From positions 1-60,064 of the forward strand of contig JBAYBT010000001.1 in the NCBI GenBank assembly GCA_041669165.1: a DNA stretch of 60,064 bases. Direction: 5' to 3'. Positions 28,176 through 37,812 of the stretch are shown here, one piece after another; the stretch's first letter is position 1; each line of letters starts with the position of its first letter. Position numbers and translations under genes: made by a program. The notes beneath the pieces were generated by a model that saw only the letters and a program-made list of their open reading frames with translations, did no database searches and was not told the origin of the DNA. The stretch is from Parabacteroides sp. GTDB taxonomy: Bacteria > Bacteroidota > Bacteroidia > Bacteroidales > Tannerellaceae.

Positions 28176-30302
28176 TTATTTCAAACCTCTGTTACGTAAT
28201 AAAGGATCAATATTGGCCGTTTTGCCTCGGAAATTCTTATACATCACATCCGCATCCTCAATGCAACCCGGAGTCAGAATACAACTACGGAACTTGGAAG
28301 CTACATTTTGATTGAATATATCGCCTGTCTCCTTGAATGCTTCAAAAGCATCACAATCCAAAACTTCGGCCCAGATATAACTATAATAGCCTGCTGTATA
28401 ACCACCTCCCATCGTATGAGAAAAATAAGTCGTTCTGTAGCGCGGAGGTATTTGACTAATCAAACCCCGCCCGTTCATTGCTTTTTCTTCAAACCGTTCG
28501 ATATCAAAATTAGCCGGAATCTGTTTCAATACATGGTAATCCATATCCAGCAACGATGCAGCAAGATATTCAGTCGTAGCAAAACCTTGTCCGTATTTTC
28601 CACTCTTTACAATTTTGTCTACCAACGCTTGTGGTATAACCTCTCCAGTCTTATGTTGTTTTGCATAAATCTTCAATACTTCCGGTTCGAAAGTCCAATG
28701 TTCCATTACCTGTGAAGGCAACTCCACAAAATCACGAGGTACACTGGCAACGCCGTAATAATGAACATCTCCAAAAAGAGCATTTAGTGCATGTCCAAAT
28801 TCATGGAACACTGTCGAAGCTTCATCGGCACTCAGCAAAGCTTGTTGTCCGGCAGCCGGCTTACTGAAATTAAACACCGTTGTAACAATTGGAATCTCTC
28901 GTTTTCCGTCTTTGTATGTCTGATCCCGATATCCTCCGCACCATGCGCCGCCACTCTTACCCGGACGAGTGTAAAAATCCATATACAAAACACCTAAAGT
29001 TGTTTTGCCGTCTTTGTCTTTACATTCAAAAGCTTGTGCATCGGGATCAGGAAGCGGAATATTTTTCAATGGAGTAAAAGTAATGCCATAAAGCTTGTTC
29101 GCAACATAAAATGCACCCTCTCGTACATTATTCAGTTCCAGATAAGGACGAACTTCGTTCTCATCCAAATTGAAGCGTGATTTTTTTGCCTTTTCGAAAT
29201 AGTAACGCCAATCCCAACCTTCTGCCTGGAAATTTCCTCCTTCTTTCTTAATTTCAGCGTTGATATCAGCCAATTCTTCCTTCGCCTTCACCAATGCAGG
29301 TTTCCATATTTGGTTCAACAGCTTATATACATTCGCTTCATCCTTCGCCATATTCTCATCAAGTGCATATGCAGCAAAGTCTTTGAATCCAAGCAATTGA
29401 GCTTTTTCCAAACGGGCAGCCACCAGTTTTTTTACAACCTCTTTATTGTCGTTGGCATTACCATTATTGCCACGCATAATGTATGCTTTAAAAATCTTTT
29501 CACGCAAGCTTCTATTATTGGCATATTGCAGGAATGGCATCACACTTGGATTATGTAAAGTAAACAGCCATTTACCATCCTTACCGGCTTCTTTAGCGGC
29601 CGATGCTGCCGATGCAATCAGCGTTTCGGGCAATCCGGAAAGATCTTCCTTCTTATCAATAACCAGTTGGAAGGCATTGGTTTCCTTAAGTAAGTTTTGT
29701 TCAAAAGTAATTTGCAGTTGTGAAATCGTCTCGTTTACTGCCCGCAACTTTGCCTGTTTTTCGGCATCCAGATTCGCTCCGCCGCGAACAAAATGCTTAT
29801 ATGTCTTCTCAAGCAGTTTTTTTTGTTCCTTATTCAAGTTTAATTTTTCCTGGTTGTCGTATACTGACTTTATCCGGGCAAAAAGTTTAGCATTCAGAAG
29901 AATATCATCAGAATGGCGTGATAGCAGCGGCGACAATTCCTGCTCTAGCGCCTGAATGGAATCATTCGTGTTAATGCTCGCTTCGCCACTAAAAGCATAA
30001 GAAACTTTATTGAGTAGTTTACCACTCTGATCTAAAGTCACAATGGTATTTTCAAAAGAAGCTTCTTGTGGATTATTGGCTATCGAATCCACTTCAGCCG
30101 CTTGTTCCTGCATGCCTTTCAGGAAAGCCGGTTTGTAATGTTCGAACTTGATTTGATCAAAAGGCGGAACACCAAACGGTGTCGTATACTCTGTGAAAAA
30201 TGGATTGGGGGTATTTTTGCCTGCCGTATCATTTTTCTTCGAAGAGTTGCATGCGCCTAAAACAACTGCCAGCCCGGCAGCCATCATGAGTGTCTTCTTC
30301 AT
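28176..30302 (-). CDS. dcp: M3-family peptidyl-dipeptidase Dcp, lipoprotein
   Basis: Start MKKTLMMAAGLAVVLGAC (lipobox) at 30302; FHEFGHALN zinc motif, RDFVELPSQ, GYTAGYYSYIWAEVLD. Confidence 0.92.
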   Translation of the reverse strand: MKKTLMMAAGLAVVLGACNSSKKNDTAGKNTPNPFFTEYTTPFGVPPFDQIKFEHYKPAFLKGMQEQAAEVDSIANNPQEASFENTIVTLDQSGKLLNKVSYAFSGEASINTNDSIQALEQELSPLLSRHSDDILLNAKLFARIKSVYDNQEKLNLNKEQKKLLEKTYKHFVRGGANLDAEKQAKLRAVNETISQLQITFEQNLLKETNAFQLVIDKKEDLSGLPETLIASAASAAKEAGKDGKWLFTLHNPSVMPFLQYANNRSLREKIFKAYIMRGNNGNANDNKEVVKKLVAARLEKAQLLGFKDFAAYALDENMAKDEANVYKLLNQIWKPALVKAKEELADINAEIKKEGGNFQAEGWDWRYYFEKAKKSRFNLDENEVRPYLELNNVREGAFYVANKLYGITFTPLKNIPLPDPDAQAFECKDKDGKTTLGVLYMDFYTRPGKSGGAWCGGYRDQTYKDGKREIPIVTTVFNFSKPAAGQQALLSADEASTVFHEFGHALNALFGDVHYYGVASVPRDFVELPSQVMEHWTFEPEVLKIYAKQHKTGEVIPQALVDKIVKSGKYGQGFATTEYLAASLLDMDYHVLKQIPANFDIERFEEKAMNGRGLISQIPPRYRTTYFSHTMGGGYTAGYYSYIWAEVLDCDAFEAFKETGDIFNQNVASKFRSCILTPGCIEDADVMYKNFRGKTANIDPLLRNRGLK

Positions 30303-30410
30303 TTTTGTTTGTATGTAAAATGTTAATAATAGCATACAAATATACATCTCAAAGTGAGATTCTCCAACATTTTTCCCATATTTGCACACAAAATTTAAAT
30401 GATTCAACAA

Positions 30411-31352
30411 ATGGAGAATAGAATTTGTAAGTTATTCAATATAAGTCATCCGATTATTGCCGGTGGAATGGTCTGGTGCAGTGGCTGGCGATTGGCTTCG
30501 GCCGTAAGTAATGCCGGTGGATTGGGATTGGTTGGATCCGGTTCGATGCATCCTGATACTTTGCGCGAACATATCCGCAAATGTCAGGAAGCAACCGATA
30601 AGCCTTTTGGAGTTAATGTTCCGTTATTTTATCCGGAGATAGATACATTGATGCAAATTTTGGTAGAAGAAAAAGTAAAAATTGTATTTACTTCGGCCGG
30701 TAATCCAAAAGCGTGGACAAGTTTCCTGAAAGATCACGGAATGATTGTAGCACATGTTGTCAGCAGTTCCAAGTTCGCCGAAAAAAGCGAGCAGGCGGGT
30801 GTAGATGCTGTTGTGGCTGAAGGTTTTGAAGCCGGAGGGCATAATGGAAAAGAAGAGACGACAACCATGTGTCTTATTCCGGCCGTACGTCGCGCCATAT
30901 CTTTGCCTTTGATAGCTGCCGGTGGAATAATCACCGGCGATAGTATTTTGGCTGCCTTTGCTTTGGGTGCCGAAGGTGTACAAATGGGGACGCGCTTTGC
31001 ACTTACAAAAGAAAGTTCGGCGTCGGAACCGTTTAAGGAACTTTGCCTGAACCTTAACGAAGGTGATACAAAGCTGCTTCTAAAAAAACTCTCTCCCACC
31101 CGTATGGCAAAAAGTGACTTCACCTCTATCGTAGAAGAAGCCGAAGCTCGTGGTGCATCGGCCGATGAATTGAAGGAACTTTTGGGTAAAGGACGTTCAA
31201 AAAAGGGTATTTTTGAAGGAAATATGCAGGACGGACAGATTGAAATCGGACAGGGAGCTTCACTCCTACGCAATAAACAGACTGCGGCAGAAGTGATAGA
31301 CGAACTTGTATCCGACTTCCACAAAGGACTCGACAGGATGAAACAACTGTAA
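30411..31352 (+). CDS. fabK: Nitronate monooxygenase-family flavoprotein, probable enoyl-ACP reductase II (FabK)
   Basis: PIIAGGMVW, AGGLG, PFGVN, EGFEAGGH, AAGGI, GAEGVQMGTRF. Confidence 0.75.
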   Translation: MENRICKLFNISHPIIAGGMVWCSGWRLASAVSNAGGLGLVGSGSMHPDTLREHIRKCQEATDKPFGVNVPLFYPEIDTLMQILVEEKVKIVFTSAGNPKAWTSFLKDHGMIVAHVVSSSKFAEKSEQAGVDAVVAEGFEAGGHNGKEETTTMCLIPAVRRAISLPLIAAGGIITGDSILAAFALGAEGVQMGTRFALTKESSASEPFKELCLNLNEGDTKLLLKKLSPTRMAKSDFTSIVEEAEARGASADELKELLGKGRSKKGIFEGNMQDGQIEIGQGASLLRNKQTAAEVIDELVSDFHKGLDRMKQL

Positions 31353-31372
31353 TAATAATATATCTGATAATA

Positions 31373-31403
31373 AAAAACAGCCGGCGACACACCGGCTGTT
31401 TTT
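31373..31403 (+). terminator. Intrinsic terminator after the fabK-like gene
   Basis: AAAAACAGCCGG-cgacaca-CCGGCTGTTTTT. Confidence 0.85.
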
Positions 31404-31655
31404 GCATTCAACTCTCTACTCTGATATAAACCGTTTATATTACAACCTATTCATTACTCAGATAATATAAATGGTTATAAAATTAAACTCCACATTATTT
31501 CTTTTGCAAATTTGTATAGGTTCATATTAATATGATGCATCTATACTCTGAAACGCTGCATTGATATATAATTTTTCTTGAAGATATTTGGTGAAGTCAA
31601 ACATATATTTCATAAAACTGTAAGAATTTCATTTCCAGCTATTGCTATTTATGTT

Positions 31656-31663
31656 TATTTTTG
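31656..31663 (+). promoter_or_regulatory. -7 element (TATTTTTG) for the LytTR cassette; no TTTG at the -33 position
   Basis: TAnnTTTG match 21 nt before the ATG at 31685. Confidence 0.5.
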
Positions 31664-31684
31664 CTGAAGAATAAAAAATAAACA

Positions 31685-32068
31685 ATGGCTAAGCACCTGA
31701 TTCTTTCCAACAGCATGCTGTTGATCCGTGTAACGGCTGAAAGGATAGCTTACATTTCGTCCGACGGCAGTTATTCAACGATGGTTCTCGTTGGAGGAAA
31801 GCGACATATCTTCTCATTCAACTTGTCAGCCTTCGAAAAACAACTTGAACAGCAGTTCGGTACCGAATCGCAAGTATTTATCCGTTTAGGAAAAGGGCTT
31901 ATCATCAATAGCGACTACATCTATAGTATCAATATCTCCAAACAGGAGCTTATTCTTTCAGGCGTCGGATTTACTGAAGACTTTGCGCTCTCTGCATCCA
32001 GAGATGCACTGAAATCATTAAAGACCGTTTTGGAAGAAAGTATTAAAAGCAGGAGGATCGGAATATGA
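31685..32068 (+). CDS. Stand-alone LytTR DNA-binding domain protein (no receiver domain)
   Basis: 127 aa; IAYISSDGSYSTM, NLSAFEKQL, FIRLGKGLIIN, SASRDALKSLK follow the LytTR pattern. Confidence 0.8.
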   Translation: MAKHLILSNSMLLIRVTAERIAYISSDGSYSTMVLVGGKRHIFSFNLSAFEKQLEQQFGTESQVFIRLGKGLIINSDYIYSINISKQELILSGVGFTEDFALSASRDALKSLKTVLEESIKSRRIGI

Positions 32069-32598
32069 AGGAGCATTTACAGGAAAATGAAGTATATTTC
32101 TTGGGAAATCAGAATCAACGGAAGTCTAAACTTTCTCATAAAAGAGTGCTTTGGATTATTATAGCAGCTGTTTGTACAATTGTCGTCCTGATAGTAGGAT
32201 ATCAAAAACTCTTCACCGTTTCCGAAGTTGATCAGCCGGCGAATGGCGAGACGCTAGATGTTGTGAAGATATTGCCTCAAGGTTGTCGCGCACCTCTCTT
32301 TGAAGGCAAATATGAGATCAATGAATCGTTTCCCAAATGGATTGCTAAAAATTTAAAATATCCAAAGGGTTACGAAACCATGGACGCCCGCGTTTTGGTA
32401 CGTTTTGTGATACAGAAAGACGGAACTCTCGGACAGTTCAAAATTCTTTCAGCCCCGAAAGAAAAAGTATTCGAAAAGGCCGTTCTCGATATGCTCAAAC
32501 ACTGTCCGCGTTGGGAACCGGCACGAGCAGCTGATGGATCAGCTATAAATATTGAGTATATACTTCCAATATCCTTTAAAAAGGTCGGGACAAAGTAG
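32065..32598 (+). CDS. Bitopic membrane protein with TonB C-terminal domain
   Basis: Short N-terminal tail, one TM helix (VLWIIIAAVCTIVVLIVGY), then WIAKNLKYP...VLVRFVIQKDGTL...PRWEPA...YILPISF (TonB_C). ATGA overlap with the LytTR gene. Confidence 0.8.
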   Translation: MKEHLQENEVYFLGNQNQRKSKLSHKRVLWIIIAAVCTIVVLIVGYQKLFTVSEVDQPANGETLDVVKILPQGCRAPLFEGKYEINESFPKWIAKNLKYPKGYETMDARVLVRFVIQKDGTLGQFKILSAPKEKVFEKAVLDMLKHCPRWEPARAADGSAINIEYILPISFKKVGTK

Positions 32599-32625
32599 AG
32601 CATCAAACAACTAAATATTAATGTT

Positions 32626-34896
32626 ATGAAACAGTGGATTATTCTTCTGACAGCACTTGTATTGTGTCTAAAATTGAGTGCCCAGACCATTACGGGACGG
32701 ATCACAGATCATCAGAACCATCCTGTCGATGCCGCATCTGTCGTGTTACAGCAACATGACTCTACATTTACCGAAGCTGTACTATCGGAAGCTGATGGTA
32801 GTTTTCACTTCAGTAAAAACGCTGCTTTTCCATGCCGCCTGATCATTCAGCACCTCTCCTTTCTTACGAAAACAATTGATTGTGAAAAGGAACAAATCGG
32901 CACGATTATTCTCGATGAGCGTACAGATACATTAAAAGAATGGGTGGTCACGGCTGAACGTCCGTTTGTGAAAGTCGAAAGCGGCACATTAAGCTATGAC
33001 CTCGGATATCTTTCAAAAGGGAAAGCCGTAACGAATGTGTATGAAGCCCTGAAAGAACTACCCGGCATAGATGAAAAAGACGGTTCGCTGAGCCTGTCGG
33101 GAGCTTCGCAACTGTCAGTCATTATCAACGGTAAACCAACTACTATGAATGAAAGCGAACTGGCCAGTATGCTTCGCAGTATGCCTGTGGAACGTGTACA
33201 AAAGGCCGAAGTGCTCTACAGTGCTCCGCCACAATATCATGTGAGAGGAGCGGTTATCAATATTGTACTGAAACGAGCTATTGCCGATGATCTCTCGGGT
33301 GAAGTTAAGAGCAGTTACACCAGCCGGTATGCCAACAGTGGCAGCGGTGGGGCAAACTTTCGCGTCTCTACACCCAAAATGGCTTTCGACATGATGTATG
33401 AGGCCAGTGACATCAGAAACAGATCGCAAATGGAACTCGATTCGCGCCACCTTTTTCAAAACAAGACGTACAACATCAATCAGCATCAACATTCTTCTTA
33501 TAAGGGATTGGATCATACATGGCGTGCAGCCTACGAATATAATTTTTCGGAAAAAAGTAATGCCAGCATCACCTATAATGGTTCATCCTCACCTGATGAC
33601 AAGGGGAAAACTCACTCTGAAGGCAATTTCCAGCAGAGCGATATCGCGAGCCAAGGCAACAGTTACATGCACAATATTACGGCGCAATATCAGTCGTCTT
33701 TCGGATTGAGCGTGAATGCAGACTACACCAATTATCATACCACAAACTGTCAGCAGTTTCAAAATAATACGCAGGATACAACTAATTTCTTCCTGTTGAA
33801 CGGTGGGCAACGTGTGGAAAAAATATCTTTTAGTATAGACCAGAAGCATAGCCTGCAAAACAGTTGGACACTGGGTTACGGATTCTCTTACTCACACGCC
33901 AAGGATAAAGATTTTCAATATTATTCGGAGATGAAGGGGAGCTATGAGGCACAGAACACCGACTCGGAATTAATCGAACAAACCACAAACTTTTATTTCC
34001 GTACCGAAAAGAATTATGCTCAAGGGCAAAACTTTTCACTATCACTCAGTGGCGAATATTATACCATTGGAAACTATCATAAGTGGGCTGTTTATCCGCA
34101 GGCTTCGTGGACGTTCTTCAGCAATCCGACACACATGTTTATCCTGTCGCTCTCTTCAAACAAGAAATACCCGAGCTACTGGGCCCGACAAGCATCGGTA
34201 TCCTACCTCGACGGATATGCTGAGATTCATGGAACACCCGGATTAAGACCGAGCAGCATTTATCAGTTTAATGGCACATACCTTTTGAATCACAGGTATT
34301 CTTTCAACTTCTTTTATGTAGACATCAAAGATGGATTCACACAGACCGCTTACCAGTCGCCGAATCGCCTGGCCCTGATCTATCAGATGATTAACTGGAA
34401 CTACTCGCGACAACTTGGGGCGGTAGCAGATATGCCGTATAAAGTGAACAAATGGCTCGATACACGTCTCGAAGTCGTAGCATTCAGACAACATCAACGG
34501 TGTGACGACTTTTTTGATCTACAGTTCAATCGTGCGAAATGGGTCGCACATATCAAACTCGACAACACCTTCACCGCAACGAATCAATTGTCGTTCAATC
34601 TGAATGCCTCATATACGTCACCGTCGATTCAGGGCACATATGATCTTACCCATTACTACAAAGCTAATGCTTCTGCCAAGTGGATTCTTATGCAAAAACG
34701 GCTGTCTGTTTCTGCACGCATAAACGATATCTTTAATTCCGGTATGCCTAAGGCCCGCATACGATATGCAGGACAAAACATGGATATGAACAATGTTTTC
34801 TACATGCGCTCATTTACTGTTGCTTTATCTTATCGCTTTGGCGGATATAAGGAAAAGAATCATAAAAATGTGGATACTTCGCGTTTCGGACACTAA
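32626..34896 (+). CDS. TonB-dependent-like outer membrane beta-barrel protein (carboxypeptidase-regulatory-like N-domain, plug, OMP_b-brl_3-type barrel)
   Basis: Signal peptide; ITGRITD...VDAASVVL; LKEWVVTA; ELPGI, IINGKP, PPQY..GAVINIVLK; C-terminal FTVALSYRFG. Confidence 0.8.
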   Translation: MKQWIILLTALVLCLKLSAQTITGRITDHQNHPVDAASVVLQQHDSTFTEAVLSEADGSFHFSKNAAFPCRLIIQHLSFLTKTIDCEKEQIGTIILDERTDTLKEWVVTAERPFVKVESGTLSYDLGYLSKGKAVTNVYEALKELPGIDEKDGSLSLSGASQLSVIINGKPTTMNESELASMLRSMPVERVQKAEVLYSAPPQYHVRGAVINIVLKRAIADDLSGEVKSSYTSRYANSGSGGANFRVSTPKMAFDMMYEASDIRNRSQMELDSRHLFQNKTYNINQHQHSSYKGLDHTWRAAYEYNFSEKSNASITYNGSSSPDDKGKTHSEGNFQQSDIASQGNSYMHNITAQYQSSFGLSVNADYTNYHTTNCQQFQNNTQDTTNFFLLNGGQRVEKISFSIDQKHSLQNSWTLGYGFSYSHAKDKDFQYYSEMKGSYEAQNTDSELIEQTTNFYFRTEKNYAQGQNFSLSLSGEYYTIGNYHKWAVYPQASWTFFSNPTHMFILSLSSNKKYPSYWARQASVSYLDGYAEIHGTPGLRPSSIYQFNGTYLLNHRYSFNFFYVDIKDGFTQTAYQSPNRLALIYQMINWNYSRQLGAVADMPYKVNKWLDTRLEVVAFRQHQRCDDFFDLQFNRAKWVAHIKLDNTFTATNQLSFNLNASYTSPSIQGTYDLTHYYKANASAKWILMQKRLSVSARINDIFNSGMPKARIRYAGQNMDMNNVFYMRSFTVALSYRFGGYKEKNHKNVDTSRFGH

Positions 34897-34965
34897 AGCA
34901 AAATGTGCATGAAGAAAACTTAAAATGATTGGAATCTAAACATAAAGATATCATTATATCTTTAT

Positions 34966-35005
34966 TAAATAATGTCAGTAAATAGCTATTTACTGACATT
35001 ATTTA
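34966..35005. repeat. Perfect 40-bp loop-less palindrome between the convergent OM-barrel and PBP1A genes
   Basis: TAAATAATGTCAGTAAATAG|CTATTTACTGACATTATTTA. A second hairpin, ATAAAGATAT-catt-ATATCTTTAT, abuts it at 34942-34965. Confidence 0.85.
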
Positions 35006-35104
35006 CTTATTTCGTGACAATAAACATGTATTTCACGATACTATATGATAAATATATTATAAGCTGATGAACTTTGTTTCCTTATAAATAAGATTATTCA
35101 TCTA

Positions 35105-37537
35105 TTATTCCACGACAGGATCATCCGAGATAGATCCAGGCTGCATGATGTCATCATCAATCGAAAGACTATCATCAGGCACATAATAGGTTGTATCGTT
35201 TACATTTACATATTGCTTACAGTTGTAAGTACGTGTTATCTCGTGTTTCGGTTTTGTCGGGAACTTCGCCTGATATTTCTTAAAGGCCGGATCTTTCACC
35301 ACTTTTTCCATAAAATAGCCATATATAGGCAGAGCTGTTCGACTTCCCTGACCTAATGCACCCGTACGGAAATGAATGCTTCGATGTTCGCCGCCTACCC
35401 ACGCGCCGGCTATAAGTTTAGGCGTTACTCCCACAAACCATGCATCAGAGTGATTTGATGATGTTCCGGTTTTGCCTCCGAACTCTGTATTGTAATTGAA
35501 CAGATCAAAAGACCAGAGTGCTTGAGTTGTTCCTCCTCGTTCAGTAAGCCCGCCTTTCAACATTTCCGTCATTAAAAATGCAGATTCATAAGGGATAGCC
35601 TGAACCTGATCCGGTTTGTGCTGATAAATAACATGTCCGTCCTTATCTTCTATTCGCGTTACTAGCACCGGACTATGAGCCATCCCTTCATTGATCACTG
35701 TAGAATAGGCATTAACCAGTTCAAGTAAAGATACATCCGAAGCACCTAAAGACAATGCCGGCGTTTCTTCCAGAGGCGTTTTGATCCCCATTTTCTTTGC
35801 AGTAACGGCAATATTATGAATACCTACTTCCTGAGCCACCTGAACGGCTATAGTATTAATTGATTGAGCAAAAGCAGCTTTCAATGAATACATGCGTCCG
35901 GTAAAATTACCGTTGGCATTACGCGGAATCCACTTTACCATCTCTCCGTGATCCATCACATCCAGAGCAATATATTTGTCTTCACGCTCATCGCAAGGCG
36001 ACAAGCCTTGATTCATGGCTTCAGTGTAAACAAACAATTTAAAAGTCGAACCGGGCTGACGTTTGGAAGTTACCTTATCATATTTCCAGGAATTAAAACT
36101 GATATCGCCGACCCAAGCTTTTACTTCGCCGCTCTGAGGTTCCATAGCCACAAAACTACTATGCATAAAGCGCTCCATATAACGGATCGAATCCATAGAA
36201 CTAATCGTTGTGTCGCGTGTACCTGCATCGTAATCAAACACCTTCAACCGATGAGGCTTATTCATATAATAATCCACCGAATCGGGGCGATTAGGAAATT
36301 GTCTGACAAGTTTTTTGTATGTATCTGTACGTTTAGCCAGATCTTCAATAAAGTTAGGGATTTCGGTACCGGTTTTATCACGCCAGGGAGCATTCGTTCC
36401 CCAGTGATTATTAAAGTTGCGCTGAATGACGCGCATCTGTTTATTGACCGCTTCTTCTGCATACTGCTGCAAACGTGTATCAAGTGTTGTGTATATCTTC
36501 AATCCGTCAGCATATATATCCAGACCGTTTTCTTTTAACCATGGTTCCAGATATGCAGCCACGGCATCCCGGAAGTACAAAGCTTCTCCCCCGTAATTCG
36601 TTTCCACCTCATAACGCAACTGTATAGGAATTTGTTTCAATGAATTGAATTCCGCTTTTGTTATGATGTGGTGTGTATACATATTCTCAAGCACCACATT
36701 ACGGCGTTTTATACTGTTGCGGGGATTCGTTCTTGGATTGTATGTCGTTGTTGCCTTTAATAATCCGACAAGCGTTGCCGCCTGTTCCGGACGGATTAAT
36801 GCCGGCGTTGTTCCAAAATAAGTTTTACATGCCGTTTTTATGCCATAAGTATTATTCCCAAAATCGACCGTATTAAAATACATCGTAAGGATTTCGCTCT
36901 TCGAATAAAACATCTCGATCTTCACGGCGAGAATCCATTCTTTTGATTTCATAATAATCATTCGCAGACCCGGTATTTTTCCCAATAAACCTGTAGAATA
37001 TTGAGAACGGACCTTGAAAAGATTCTTTACAAGCTGCTGAGTGATCGTACTTGCACCGCGTGCATCACCGTGAGCCATATCTTTGGCTGCTGCAAACAAC
37101 CCTTTAAGATCAATCCCGAAGTGCGAATAGAAACGTTCATCCTCCGTACAAATAAGGGCCTTAATCAGTATCGGAGAAATCTCATTATATTTAACCGGTG
37201 TGCGATTCTCACGAAAATATTTACTCAGCACTTTTCCGTCGGCGCTATACAGAACAGAAGCAACGGGCTGATTCGGGTTACGAACAGCAGATAATCCCGG
37301 CGTTTTACCAAACAACCAGAGAAAATTGAAGTCGACCATGAGCAGATAGAAACAAAAACAGACAATCAGCGACACGACAACTAAAAAGGTCTTGCTATAC
37401 CACGGCGAAGCATGATAGTATGCATTTGCCTTTTTAGCATGCAAAAAGCTCCACTCTTTAACTATATGCAGCCAAGAAATAGCTTTATCTATTGCAGGTT
37501 GAAACTGAGTCCAGCCTTTTATTTTTTCTTTTGCCAC
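35105..37537 (-). CDS. mrcA: Class A penicillin-binding protein (PBP1A, transglycosylase/transpeptidase)
   Basis: TM anchor; TEDERFYSHFG, GASTITQQLVKN (GT51); RQPGSTFK (SxxK), SIN, GKTGT. -7 element at 37571-37578. Confidence 0.92.
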   Translation of the reverse strand: MAKEKIKGWTQFQPAIDKAISWLHIVKEWSFLHAKKANAYYHASPWYSKTFLVVVSLIVCFCFYLLMVDFNFLWLFGKTPGLSAVRNPNQPVASVLYSADGKVLSKYFRENRTPVKYNEISPILIKALICTEDERFYSHFGIDLKGLFAAAKDMAHGDARGASTITQQLVKNLFKVRSQYSTGLLGKIPGLRMIIMKSKEWILAVKIEMFYSKSEILTMYFNTVDFGNNTYGIKTACKTYFGTTPALIRPEQAATLVGLLKATTTYNPRTNPRNSIKRRNVVLENMYTHHIITKAEFNSLKQIPIQLRYEVETNYGGEALYFRDAVAAYLEPWLKENGLDIYADGLKIYTTLDTRLQQYAEEAVNKQMRVIQRNFNNHWGTNAPWRDKTGTEIPNFIEDLAKRTDTYKKLVRQFPNRPDSVDYYMNKPHRLKVFDYDAGTRDTTISSMDSIRYMERFMHSSFVAMEPQSGEVKAWVGDISFNSWKYDKVTSKRQPGSTFKLFVYTEAMNQGLSPCDEREDKYIALDVMDHGEMVKWIPRNANGNFTGRMYSLKAAFAQSINTIAVQVAQEVGIHNIAVTAKKMGIKTPLEETPALSLGASDVSLLELVNAYSTVINEGMAHSPVLVTRIEDKDGHVIYQHKPDQVQAIPYESAFLMTEMLKGGLTERGGTTQALWSFDLFNYNTEFGGKTGTSSNHSDAWFVGVTPKLIAGAWVGGEHRSIHFRTGALGQGSRTALPIYGYFMEKVVKDPAFKKYQAKFPTKPKHEITRTYNCKQYVNVNDTTYYVPDDSLSIDDDIMQPGSISDDPVVE

Positions 37538-37716
37538 TTAAATAATGCTTTGAAACCCATATTATGCGTGCAAAGATACGTATTTTGCTTGACGCTGCAA
37601 CAAAGACCGACAAAAAGATTATTAGAACCTGTTTTAATGAAAACTGTTACAACGGGATTGTTTATAACAGAAAGTTCGTAGAATTTATGTTAATTGATCA
37701 TAAAATACAGCTTATG

Positions 37717-37748
37717 TTTGCTCTGTATCACTTTAGGGACTATATTTG
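37717..37748 (+). promoter_or_regulatory. Full-consensus Bacteroides sigma-A promoter with no downstream CDS
   Basis: TTTG (37717-37720), 20-nt spacer, TATATTTG (37741-37748). Confidence 0.55.
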
Positions 37749-37752
37749 CAAT

Positions 37753-37812
37753 ATATTTATAGTATAAAGAGAATTAGCGCCGGGCATGATGTGAATCACG
37801 CTCGGCGCTTTT
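37753..37812 (+). ncRNA. Candidate small RNA of about 60 nt
   Basis: Bounded by a consensus promoter and a GC-rich hairpin with a GUGA (GNRA) loop plus U-run on +; no ORF. Inference only. Confidence 0.3.
37776..37812. terminator. Intrinsic terminator hairpin (for the candidate sRNA on + and/or tdh on -)
   Basis: AGCGCCGGGCATGAT-gtga-ATCACGCTCGGCGCT-TTT. Confidence 0.7.

Noticed and set aside
30303-30410. N-terminal extensions in the ORF track for dcp (also NUDIX, anSME, uraA, panB, M16)
   Set aside because: The extensions overlap promoter elements or neighbouring genes; downstream ATGs give proper signal peptides or family N-termini.
30734-31411. 225-aa antisense ORF over the fabK-like gene, and other long antisense/overlapping ORFs such as 35948-36538, 18559-19092 and 29446-29955
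   Set aside because: They lie opposite well-supported conserved genes, have no recognisable motifs, and look like shadow ORFs.
37564-37767. 67-aa + strand ORF (MRAKIRILL...)
   Set aside because: Its start reads through the reverse complement of the PBP1A -7 element, a common source of spurious ORFs, and it has no motif.
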